The notes: a model not told the origin generated them from the sequence alone. A stretch of DNA of 30,649 nucleotides from a virus (IMGVR_UViG_3300016674_000080:1-30649), one strand, 5' to 3'; shown: positions 17,071 to 25,089, counted from the stretch's first letter. Made by a program: numbers and translations.

Positions 17071-18464
17071 CCCGCCAGGCTTTCACCCCCCGCGAGTATC
17101 AGCACGCCATCATCGAGCACGTGCTGAACTTGCAGCGCGGCGCGGTATGGGCCGGCATGGGCATGGGCAAGTCCGTGTCCACGCTGACCGCGCTCGACAT
17201 CCTGGAAATCACCGAGCCCGGCCCGGCCCTGGTGCTGGCCCCGCTGCGCGTGGCCGCGAGCACCTGGCCCGATGAGGCGAAGAAGTGGGCGCACCTCACC
17301 AACGTGGAAGTGTCGGCCGTCGTCGGCACGCCCGAGGAACGGCGCGCCGCGCTCAAGCGGCCGGCCACGATCTACACCACCAACTACGACAACCTGCCGT
17401 GGCTGGTAGAACACTACGGCGACAAGTGGCCGTTCCGCAAAGTGGTGGCCGACGAATCGACCAAGCTCAAGTCCTTCCGCCTGCAACAGGGTGGCAAGCG
17501 CGCGCACGCCTTGGGCCGCGTTGCCCATTGCAAGGTCGACCGCTTCATTGAATTGACCGGCACGCCCAGCCCCAACGGCTTGCAGGACTTGTGGGGGCAG
17601 GCGTGGTTCCTGGACAAGGGCGTGCGCCTGGGGCGCAGCTTCGAGGCTTTCAAGTCGCGGTGGTTCCAGTCCATCCAGGTGGGCAGTGACCGCCACGCTA
17701 CGCGCCTCGACCCGTTGCCCTTCGCCCAGGAGCAGATCGAGGACAGGATGCGCGACCTTTGCCTCTCGCTCGACGCCCGCGACTATTTCGACATTTCCGA
17801 GCCCATCGTGAACGTCATCCGCGTGGAGTTGCCGGCCAAGGCCCGGCGCCTTTACAAGGACATGGAGCGCGAGATGTTCCTCGCGCTGGAATGCGGCACC
17901 GAGGTGGAAGCCTTCAACGCGGCCAGCAAAACGATCAAGTGCCTGCAACTCGCCAACGGCGCGATCTACACCGACGACACGTGCAGCGCATTCGCCGACA
18001 TCCACGACGCCAAGCTGCAAGCGCTTGAGGACGTGATCGAGGAAGCGGCCGGCATGCCGGTGCTGGTGGCCTACCACTTCAAGAGTGACCTCGCCCGCCT
18101 GCAGCGTGCCTTCCCCAAGGGCCGCACCCTGGACAAAGACCCGCAAACCATCCGCGATTGGAACGCCGGGAAGATCCCGGTCTTGTTCGCCCACCCGGCC
18201 AGTGCCGGCCACGGCCTGAACTTGCAGGACGGCGGCAACATCCTGGCCTTCTTCGGCCACTGGTGGGACTTGGAGCAGTTCCAGCAAATCATCGAGCGCA
18301 TCGGCCCCACGCGCCAGGCGCAGGCCGGGTACGACCGCCCGGTGTTCATCCACCACATCGTCGCCGCCGACACGATGGACGAGCTAGTCATGGCCCGCCG
18401 CGAATCGAAGCGCGAGGTGCAAGACCTACTACTCGAAGCAATAAAACGAAAGGGGAGCAAATGA
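17067..18464 (+). CDS. SNF2-family SF2 helicase
   Basis: PREYQ, GMGMGKS, VVADES, LTGTP, GHGLNLQ, ERIGPTRQ. Confidence 0.92.
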   Translation: MTRQAFTPREYQHAIIEHVLNLQRGAVWAGMGMGKSVSTLTALDILEITEPGPALVLAPLRVAASTWPDEAKKWAHLTNVEVSAVVGTPEERRAALKRPATIYTTNYDNLPWLVEHYGDKWPFRKVVADESTKLKSFRLQQGGKRAHALGRVAHCKVDRFIELTGTPSPNGLQDLWGQAWFLDKGVRLGRSFEAFKSRWFQSIQVGSDRHATRLDPLPFAQEQIEDRMRDLCLSLDARDYFDISEPIVNVIRVELPAKARRLYKDMEREMFLALECGTEVEAFNAASKTIKCLQLANGAIYTDDTCSAFADIHDAKLQALEDVIEEAAGMPVLVAYHFKSDLARLQRAFPKGRTLDKDPQTIRDWNAGKIPVLFAHPASAGHGLNLQDGGNILAFFGHWWDLEQFQQIIERIGPTRQAQAGYDRPVFIHHIVAADTMDELVMARRESKREVQDLLLEAIKRKGSK

Positions 18465-18697
18465 GCGAGAACCAGGCCGCCGCGCTGACCACCCAGGTGG
18501 GCGGCAACCACTACAAGGACATGCCCATCCAGCCGGTCGAGTACATCCACAAGAACGGCATCGGTTATTTCGAGGGCTGCGTCATCAAGTACGTGAGCCG
18601 GTGGCGCAAGAAGAACGGGGTCGAGGACTTGAAGAAGGCTCGCCACTTTCTCGACCTGCTGATCGAGTTCGAGGACGCGCAGCGGGGTGGCCTGTAA
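18461..18697 (+). CDS. DUF3310 protein (T7 gp1.7-like)
   Basis: QVGGNHY, GCVIKYVSRW, KNGVEDLKKARHFL. Confidence 0.85.
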   Translation: MSENQAAALTTQVGGNHYKDMPIQPVEYIHKNGIGYFEGCVIKYVSRWRKKNGVEDLKKARHFLDLLIEFEDAQRGGL

Positions 18698-18912
18698 TGC
18701 AAAGCCGCATCCAGTCCATGCTGGAAGCTTGGGCCAACGTCGCCATCGGCTACGTGGTGGCCTTGCTCTCCCAGCTTGCAATTTTCCCGCTGTTCGGCAT
18801 CCACGTGCCCTTCACGGACAACCTGCTGATTGGCGGCTATTTCACGATCATTTCGCTGGCCCGTAGCTACGCCGTCCGGCGCCTGTTCAACAGGATGCAC
18901 CGCCATGTCTGA
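18697..18912 (+). CDS. Small two-TM membrane protein
   Basis: MQSRIQSMLEAWANVAIG...RSYAVRRLFN; TAATG overlap with the upstream gene. Confidence 0.75.
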   Translation: MQSRIQSMLEAWANVAIGYVVALLSQLAIFPLFGIHVPFTDNLLIGGYFTIISLARSYAVRRLFNRMHRHV

Positions 18913-19141
18913 AACCGAATTTTTGACCGCCGACGAACTGGCCGAGGTGACAGGCTACAAGCACGTCGCCAGCCAGCGCGAGTGGCTGGACAAGAACGGG
19001 TGGCCCTACGTGGTGAATGCCTCGGGCCGCCCCATCGTGGGCCGCTGGGCCGCGCGCATGCGCCTGGCCGGCGTGCAACCGACCGCCACCAGCACCGGCA
19101 TGCAGCCGGTCGGCCGACCAAACTTTGCCGCTTTGGATTAA
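18905..19141 (+). CDS. DUF4224-type excisionase / recombination directionality factor
   Basis: FLTADELAEVTGYK...QREWL...GRPIVGR; directly upstream of the integrase. Confidence 0.82.
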   Translation: MSETEFLTADELAEVTGYKHVASQREWLDKNGWPYVVNASGRPIVGRWAARMRLAGVQPTATSTGMQPVGRPNFAALD

Positions 19142-19153
19142 CCTATCCCTGCT

Positions 19154-20215
19154 ATGCGCCCGAAATCAAACCACCGCGATCTGCCGCCCAGGATGCTGCG
19201 CCGAGTGCGCACCCTGAAAAGCGGCAAGGTTTGGGAATCGTTCTACTACAACGGCCGCGACACCGAAGGGCGCCGGGTCGAGATTCCGCTCGGGCATGAT
19301 CTGAACGAAGCCAAGCGCAAGTGGGCCGAGTTGGAGTGCCGCGAGGCGCCAGCGGAAACCGGCTTGATGCGGTTCGTGCTCGACCGCTACGAGCGCGACG
19401 TGATACCGACCAAGGCGCCCAAGACGCAGAAGGACAACCTCGGGTGCCTGGCGATGTTGCGCAAGGTATTCGACGCCGTGGGCATCGACACTATCACCCC
19501 GCAATATGTTGCGCAGTACCGAGACAAGCGCGGCGCCAAGGCCCCGGTTCGGGCCAACCGTGAAATCGCGCTGCTCTCCCACGTGTGGAACATGGCGCGC
19601 GAGTGGGGCTACACGGCCAAGGAAAACCCGGTCAAGGGCGTGCGCAAGAACAAAGAGAAGCCCCGCGACTTCTACGCCGACGACGCCGTGTGGTCGGCGG
19701 TGTATGCAGCGGCCTGCATCGAATTGCAGGACGCCATGGACTTGAACTATCTCACCGGCCAGCGCCCGGCCGACGTGCTCAAGATGCGCCTCGCCGACAT
19801 TAAAGACGGCGCCATCGAGGTGCAGCAAAATAAGACCAAGAAGAAGCTGCGCATCCTGCTGGACGACGACGGCGCGCGCACCGAGTTGGGCAAGGTCATT
19901 GACCGCATCAAGGGCCGCGAGCGCAAAGTGGCGAGCCTGTTCCTGATTGCCACGCCGGCCGGCAAGGCGCTGAACCAATGGACGCTGCGCACCCGGTTTG
20001 ACGATGCGCGCACCGACGCAATCGCCAAGGCCAAGGAAGAAGGCAACGAGGAACTGGCCGCCAGGATCCGCGCCTTCCAGTTCCGCGACATCCGACCCAA
20101 GGCCGCGTCGGAAATGGACTTGGAGCACGCCAGCAAACTGCTGGGCCACACCGAGCACGAGATAACCGAGAAGGTGTACCGGCGCGTGGGTGAAACCGTG
20201 AAGCCGACCAAGTAA
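19154..20215 (+). CDS. int: Tyrosine integrase
   Basis: TGQRPAD (R), QNKT (K), FRDIRPK, LLGH, KVYRR (Y); N-terminal arm-binding region. Confidence 0.95.
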   Translation: MRPKSNHRDLPPRMLRRVRTLKSGKVWESFYYNGRDTEGRRVEIPLGHDLNEAKRKWAELECREAPAETGLMRFVLDRYERDVIPTKAPKTQKDNLGCLAMLRKVFDAVGIDTITPQYVAQYRDKRGAKAPVRANREIALLSHVWNMAREWGYTAKENPVKGVRKNKEKPRDFYADDAVWSAVYAAACIELQDAMDLNYLTGQRPADVLKMRLADIKDGAIEVQQNKTKKKLRILLDDDGARTELGKVIDRIKGRERKVASLFLIATPAGKALNQWTLRTRFDDARTDAIAKAKEEGNEELAARIRAFQFRDIRPKAASEMDLEHASKLLGHTEHEITEKVYRRVGETVKPTK

Positions 20216-20298
20216 AGACGGCCCCCGAACATGGGATCGTTTTTGCACCTCGTAGCCTTGGCGGTGCGATATTGCTTTACCTCGTAAGGAAGTGAAAT

Positions 20299-20760
20299 TT
20301 AATTACGAGGGTTAATCATCGTTACCGATACCCAAAAATTCCCATTTTCAGAATATCCGCGGTTGATCTTCGTAATGTCAACTGGGCGAATAACTTTTTT
20401 ATTATGAGTTATTTGTATAGTTGCATTGTTTAAGCCTAGTGAGGCGTGCCCAGTGACTTTGTTCAAAAAACCATCATCGCTGCTAATCTGTATTACGCCA
20501 GCATACGAGTAAGTCTTATTGAAGAAAATTCGAATGAACTTATCTGTTTGTTCAACGGTGAGCGAAATACCGATTGGCTTGTGGTCGATGTCATTTTGAA
20601 TAAACCACTTTCCGGTCGGGTCTGGACGGAGTATGGCGTGCAGATGTTCGATAGTGTCTTCTTTAACATTATTCGGGGCGCTGGTTTGGGCGTAACAAAA
20701 CTGGCTCGCGGTTAGACCAAGAAAAACCAGCGCCACAGCGAGATAACGTTCAAGAAACAT
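20299..20760 (-). CDS. Low-GC secreted beta-rich protein (moron)
   Basis: 153 aa; Sec signal peptide ending FCYA-Q; AT-rich; starts 20 nt downstream of the tRNA 3' end. Confidence 0.75.
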   Translation of the reverse strand: MFLERYLAVALVFLGLTASQFCYAQTSAPNNVKEDTIEHLHAILRPDPTGKWFIQNDIDHKPIGISLTVEQTDKFIRIFFNKTYSYAGVIQISSDDGFLNKVTGHASLGLNNATIQITHNKKVIRPVDITKINRGYSENGNFWVSVTMINPRN

Positions 20761-20780
20761 TCAGGGCACCCTAAATTCGA

Positions 20781-20870
20781 TGGCGGAAGCGGTGAGATTC
20801 GAACTCACGGTGGGGTTACCCCCACGCGGGTTTTCAAGACCCGAGCATTAAGCCACTCTGCCACGCTTCC
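20781..20870 (-). tRNA. tRNA-Ser(UGA), complete with encoded CCA
   Basis: Acceptor GGAAGCG/CGCTTCC, discriminator G, CCA; anticodon stem CGGGT/ACCCG with loop CT-TGA-AA; long variable arm GTGGGG-GTAA-CCCCAC; T arm GTGAG-TTCGAAT-CTCAC. Confidence 0.95.
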
Positions 20871-20893
20871 AAATTTTCGACCGAACCCCTGGG

Positions 20894-21103
20894 GGTTGCG
20901 GAAATGATTTCCGCAAGTTGCGGAAACGATGCAAAAAATCCCTTATAAATCAACGCGCCGGAAGCCGATGCAACTGCTTTCAAGTCCTCGGAGTAAATGA
21001 GGAAAATCAACAGGTTAGAGATAAATAATTTCCGCAACCTGCTAGGATTTGAGTATTCTAACCCGTTGATTATGCGTTAGGCTATAAGGTACATGCGGAA
21101 ACG
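20894..21103. promoter_or_regulatory. attP-like region: five TGCGGAAA arm-type repeats and IHF consensus sites
   Basis: TTGCGGAAA 20896, TTTCCGCAA 20908, TTGCGGAAA 20918, TTTCCGCAA 21029, ATGCGGAAA 21093. Perfect WATCAANNNNTTR at 21005-21017 (+) and 21059-21071 (-); partial match near 20948. Confidence 0.72.
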
Positions 21104-21120
21104 ATTTTGAGGGGTTCGCC

Positions 21121-21261
21121 ATGACGAAAGAGCGCAAGGTACTTGCAGGCATCGCCGCCTTGATTGGGCTGTTCTTCGCGCTCGGATGGGACGCCATGGC
21201 CTACCTAGCGTGCGCAGCTTTCGGGCTGTACGCTGGCCGGGACGTTTTCCGCGAAGCATAG
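21121..21261 (+). CDS. Small hydrophobic membrane protein (46 aa)
   Basis: Below the ORF-track cutoff: MTKERKVLAGIAALIGLFFALGWDAMAYLACAAFGLYAGRDVFREA; GAGGGG RBS; convergent with the lysis operon. Confidence 0.62.
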   Translation: MTKERKVLAGIAALIGLFFALGWDAMAYLACAAFGLYAGRDVFREA

Positions 21262-21265
21262 CGGC

Positions 21266-21303
21266 GAAGGCGGGCCGCGTAGGTGCGCAAGATCCCCGCC
21301 TTC
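21266..21303. terminator. Stem-loop between convergent genes, possible terminator
   Basis: GAAGGCGGG...CCCGCCTTC 9-bp inverted repeat; no clear U tract. Confidence 0.35.
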
Positions 21304-21736
21304 ACTTGGTCGCCCCCTTCAACTTCTCCCAGGTGCGTGCGCCTGCAATGCCCAGCATGCCGGTGATGAGAACCATGAGGGCCTCGACATCGAGCAGTGG
21401 GGGCGGGTTCAAATTGGCCGCGATCCAGCCGGCGGCCTGCATGCCGTTCCAGCCCCACACCAGCAGCGGGTAGAGGATGAACTGGTAGGCCAAGGCGATG
21501 ACGCTGACCCAGCCCACCGCCGGGCGCCAGCCGGCCACGAACACGCTGGCGTGCCGGGCCTCTTCCTTGTTGACTTCAAGCTGTCCGCCCAGCCGTTCGG
21601 ATTCTGCCCGGTAGGCTTCCGTCTCGGCCTTGAGCCCTTCAATTTGCAGCTTCGCCCGTTCCTCGTCGGAAGTGAAGAGGCTGTCCGCCACCTTCCCCAC
21701 GGTGTCGATGATGCCGCCGATAAGCAGGGGGTTCAT
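21302..21736 (-). CDS. 3TM-type (GTA-like) holin family protein
   Basis: SVFVAGWRPAVGW and GMLGIAGARTWEK motifs. Confidence 0.85.
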   Translation of the reverse strand: MNPLLIGGIIDTVGKVADSLFTSDEERAKLQIEGLKAETEAYRAESERLGGQLEVNKEEARHASVFVAGWRPAVGWVSVIALAYQFILYPLLVWGWNGMQAAGWIAANLNPPPLLDVEALMVLITGMLGIAGARTWEKLKGATK

Positions 21737-22239
21737 GCTGCCTCCCGAAGTGTGCGATTGATCCAGCCCAGCAGGAACTTTTGCTGGGTGCGGTCCTTGG
21801 TCACGATGTCACGGTACCGGGCCAGCTTCGCCAGGGCGTAGGCCAGCGCGAATTTATCCGGGTCCATGGTGTTGAGCGCGGCCAGGGTCTTGGGGCCGAT
21901 CTTGCCGTCCGGCGTGGCACCGCTCACGATCTGCGCCAGGCGCACCGCCGTGGCGACGCCGGCATTCACGGCGAAGTCGAACACGTTGCGCGCCACCACC
22001 TGGTTGGCGATGTTGTCGCCGCGAATCGGCGTCCAGAAGTTCATCCGGTAGAACTGGCGCACCAGTTCGGTGTCGGGGATGTCGCCCGCGTCGATGGCGG
22101 CCCAGCCCCGCCAGTTCGGGTGGAAGTTGCGAGCGATGCCGGCGTAGGTCATGCCGCCCCGGTCGCCCTCAACGCTGTGCAGTTTGTAGCCGCCCTCGTT
22201 CCGAATCATGGACTCGAAGGCTTGCAGGAAATCGGCCAT
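21733..22239 (-). CDS. Glycoside hydrolase family 108 endolysin with peptidoglycan-binding domain
   Basis: NEGGY, DRGGMTYAGI, FDFAVNAG, DGKIGPKT, FLLGWINR. Confidence 0.92.
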   Translation of the reverse strand: MADFLQAFESMIRNEGGYKLHSVEGDRGGMTYAGIARNFHPNWRGWAAIDAGDIPDTELVRQFYRMNFWTPIRGDNIANQVVARNVFDFAVNAGVATAVRLAQIVSGATPDGKIGPKTLAALNTMDPDKFALAYALAKLARYRDIVTKDRTQQKFLLGWINRTLREAA

Positions 22240-22243
22240 GGTC

Positions 22244-22582
22244 TTATTTCCCTTTCTTCGCTAGGTTGTCGAGGCGTGCCTCGACGGCGCGCTCGACGGC
22301 GCGCTCGATGGCGAACAGCAGGCGCGTCGCCATGTGCCCACCGACGCCGGCCGCTGCCGCACAGATACCCATCGGCTGCTCCATGGCGGCCAGGAGCATG
22401 AACACGCCAAGGCCGACGAAACCACTGGTGAAAATCTCACCGATGAGCTCGATGATGTTGAAGGCGCGGGTATGGCCGCGCTTGACCTTTGCATACCAAT
22501 TCACGGCGCCACCTCCGAAAGCCATACCGAGAGCCAGCAGCCACGTGGCAAGCCCCCAAGTTGTCGGGTCTTTTTCAGGCAT
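22244..22582 (-). CDS. Phage holin (LydA-like)
   Basis: MPEKDPTTW start, about three TM segments, GEIFTSGFVG and AAAGVGGHMATR; TGATG coupling to the upstream gene. Confidence 0.85.
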   Translation of the reverse strand: MPEKDPTTWGLATWLLALGMAFGGGAVNWYAKVKRGHTRAFNIIELIGEIFTSGFVGLGVFMLLAAMEQPMGICAAAAGVGGHMATRLLFAIERAVERAVEARLDNLAKKGK

Positions 22583-22827
22583 CACACCCTCAACTCGTTG
22601 CGCTTCTGCTCGAAGGCGGCAATTACTGCCGGGGTCCAGGTTGCCGCGCAAATGTCCTGTACGTTTTGCGGAAGATTGCTGACATTGGCACCGGGCTCGT
22701 AGCTGGTGCGATCCAACGTGGACGCAATCTCTTTTCCGTCGCGTAGGATTCTCGTAGAGGTTTCGACAAACACGGTGCCATTGGCCGCGATTTCGAGCTT
22801 GATGTCTTGTGATTCAGTCAGTGCCAT
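22582..22827 (-). CDS. Small tail-fibre-associated protein (81 aa)
   Basis: MALTESQD...RDGKEI...VQDICAATWTPAVIAAF; AAGGGGG RBS; directly after the tailspike. Confidence 0.7.
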   Translation of the reverse strand: MALTESQDIKLEIAANGTVFVETSTRILRDGKEIASTLDRTSYEPGANVSNLPQNVQDICAATWTPAVIAAFEQKRNELRV

Positions 22828-22841
22828 GGTGGCCCCCTTTC

Positions 22842-25004
22842 CTAGATCGTGTATGTCCCGGACAGATACAAAGTCTTTCCGGACAAGTTGGCGTTTGTCA
22901 GTTGATTGCCAGCGTTGTAGAAGAACGCGAACCGCGTGCTCGTTGAGTAGCCTTGCATCACGTAACACGCGCCAACGTAGTCAGTAATATCGACCTTGGC
23001 ACCAGACCTGGTAGCCGACGAAGAGGCCGAAACAGCAAAAGGCAAACCAGCGATTTCGGCGCCGGAGCCGTTGCTCGTCGTCGGGAATTGCAATACCGCC
23101 TGCCAGGACACAAGCCGACCGGTCTTGGTGTATTTGCCGGAGTTTTGGGTAAAGGTAAGACCCGCACCGCTTGCGTCGGACATGGTGAACGTGCCTTCTT
23201 GAACTCCCCACGTTGCCGTACCCCAATACTCCGGTAGCGCGCCGGACGAATTCCTGTTGTTGAAGATGGTCACGCCATCACGTGGGGCACTGACCACCTT
23301 CGGAGAGTTGGCGCAGTAGTTCCCGGAAATGACACCCGCTTCACCAGCGCCATTCAGGAGCACAAATTGTTGGAAGCCCATGTATTCGACGGTGTTGCCG
23401 GTGATGCTGAACCCTTGGACATTTCCGCCAATACCGATCGGGTTTGCATTCCCAAAATCCCCCGACCAGAAGCACCCGGTTACCGTTACCCCGGAAACAA
23501 AATTGCCGGCCGTTGGAGAAATCAGGAAAGAGGTTCCGCCATCAAGCCCCTCTGACCTACAGGCACTTATCGTCAAACCGCGAACACCGCCAGCGACGTA
23601 CAGGTCGGTCGTTGTGCATTGCTCAAAGTTGCAGTTGTAGAAGGTCAGGGAGTCGGTATATGCAGTGCTGGCGAGATACACGCCGTCGCTGCCAATGAAC
23701 GTGCAGCCAGTGAACATGTAGTGGCCGCCCCCCGTGAAGTTTTCCCACTGCACGGTGTACGAGGTGATTGCGTATCCGGTGACTTCTTCAAAGAAGTTTG
23801 AGAAGCACGCGGTTCCGGTGATGTAGATCCCTTTATTCAAGCCAGACAGATAGACCTGCTTCATGAGCATGTACGAGACATTTTTCAAACGGATGCCAAT
23901 CGGTGCCCCGTTGTTGCTACCAATCGAAATATTGGAAATTCCGCAGTGATAAATAATATCCGTCGCAACACAATCAAAATCCACCACGAATTGACCGGAT
24001 GTCATACCGTAGGCTTGAATTCTGGTGCTGAACTGACCGTCACCAACGATGTTCAACCGACCAGTGATAACAAGGGGGGCAGTTACTTTGTATGACGTAG
24101 CGGCATTGTTCGCCGGAAAATACAACGTCTGTTTCCTGTTCGAGAGTATGGTGCAGTAGTTAATTGCGGCCTGAATCGCGGCCGTGTCGTCGGTGACACC
24201 ATCGCCTACTGCGCCAAAATCCTTGACGCTGACGAACTCGCGCAGCTTTGTTTGGACGTTCGTTAGCGCTGCGCCTGTTCCTGCCGGCATAAACGAAACG
24301 TCATCACTTGTGACGCCAGTAGCCGCGTCAATCCAGCCGGTCCCTGTATATACCCTCATCACACCTAGGACGGTGTTGTAGTAGAGCGCCCCAATCTGTA
24401 GCGCATTTCCATCGTTATCTAGCGTTGGGTCAGTCGTCTTTTGCCCGAGGTAACGATCATCGAAGTTGTCGAGAACTGCCGCTGCCGCTGCTGCACTCGC
24501 GGCGGAATTGGCCGCGCTGTTGGCTGCTGCTGTTGCGCTGTTGCCGGCGTTAGCTTCCACCGCATACAGATCGGCGATAAGCTGGTCAGGTGTCAAACCG
24601 CTTGAAATAGGAGTTTTCACCGCCCGACCGACTTGTTCTACAACCTGTTGTACAAGGATCGTTAGGCGGTCAAGAGCCGTGTTGATGACTTTCGGGTAGA
24701 AACCGCCTTGATTGGTCAAGGTCACAGGTTGCAGGTTTTCTAGCTTACTTGTCAGCGTGATGAAATTGCCAGCAGCATAGGCTGCCACTGTCGTAACCGT
24801 GCCGCCTGGGTTTGCGTCTTGGTCGGTGTTAAGGGCTACGGTGTAACTCGTGTTCAGCACGAGGTCGCTTTCGGCCTCGTTCGTATCTGTTCGAACTACG
24901 CGAACGTCGCTTGCCTGAAAAACCTTGAACGCGAAGGGAAACGCTACCGTCGCGCCGTTGCAGGCGAACGGCCCGGCCTTGCGGGTACTGGATGAAATCG
25001 ACAT
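22842..25004 (-). CDS. Tailspike / receptor-binding protein with right-handed beta-helix (putative depolymerase)
   Basis: Podoviral adaptor N-terminus (FPFAFKVF...DRLTIL), FDDRYLG...DNDGNAL linker, VSVKDFGAVGDGVTDDTAAIQAAI pectate-lyase-3 start, beta-helix repeats, C-terminal GKYTKTGRLV domain. Confidence 0.9.
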   Translation of the reverse strand: MSISSSTRKAGPFACNGATVAFPFAFKVFQASDVRVVRTDTNEAESDLVLNTSYTVALNTDQDANPGGTVTTVAAYAAGNFITLTSKLENLQPVTLTNQGGFYPKVINTALDRLTILVQQVVEQVGRAVKTPISSGLTPDQLIADLYAVEANAGNSATAAANSAANSAASAAAAAAVLDNFDDRYLGQKTTDPTLDNDGNALQIGALYYNTVLGVMRVYTGTGWIDAATGVTSDDVSFMPAGTGAALTNVQTKLREFVSVKDFGAVGDGVTDDTAAIQAAINYCTILSNRKQTLYFPANNAATSYKVTAPLVITGRLNIVGDGQFSTRIQAYGMTSGQFVVDFDCVATDIIYHCGISNISIGSNNGAPIGIRLKNVSYMLMKQVYLSGLNKGIYITGTACFSNFFEEVTGYAITSYTVQWENFTGGGHYMFTGCTFIGSDGVYLASTAYTDSLTFYNCNFEQCTTTDLYVAGGVRGLTISACRSEGLDGGTSFLISPTAGNFVSGVTVTGCFWSGDFGNANPIGIGGNVQGFSITGNTVEYMGFQQFVLLNGAGEAGVISGNYCANSPKVVSAPRDGVTIFNNRNSSGALPEYWGTATWGVQEGTFTMSDASGAGLTFTQNSGKYTKTGRLVSWQAVLQFPTTSNGSGAEIAGLPFAVSASSSATRSGAKVDITDYVGACYVMQGYSTSTRFAFFYNAGNQLTNANLSGKTLYLSGTYTI

Positions 25005-25031
25005 GCTCGGCGCTCCTGGGAGATTGCAGCA

Positions 25032-25062
25032 AGGCTATCGCCCGAGAACACCGACACGTGCA
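25032..25062 (-). promoter_or_regulatory. Putative late promoter upstream of the tailspike-lysis operon
   Basis: Minus strand TGCACGT-N18-TAGCCT, then AGGAG RBS and ATG 25004. Confidence 0.65.
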
Positions 25063-25089
25063 CCACAACTCGGCACAACTCAGCGTTAC

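Noticed and set aside
20781-20870. tRNA as selenocysteine or UGA-suppressor tRNA
   Set aside because: The anticodon is UGA, which reads UCA (Ser), not UCA; the 7-bp acceptor stem and G discriminator fit an ordinary tRNA-Ser.
20971-20991. Minus-strand GGACTTGAAAGCAGTTG as a second tRNA or selC-like anticodon fragment
   Set aside because: Only a loose resemblance, with no pairing stem or cloverleaf; needs a host genome comparison.
20834-21037. 67-aa ORF across the att region
   Set aside because: Overlaps the tRNA, arm repeats and IHF sites; no convincing RBS or domain.
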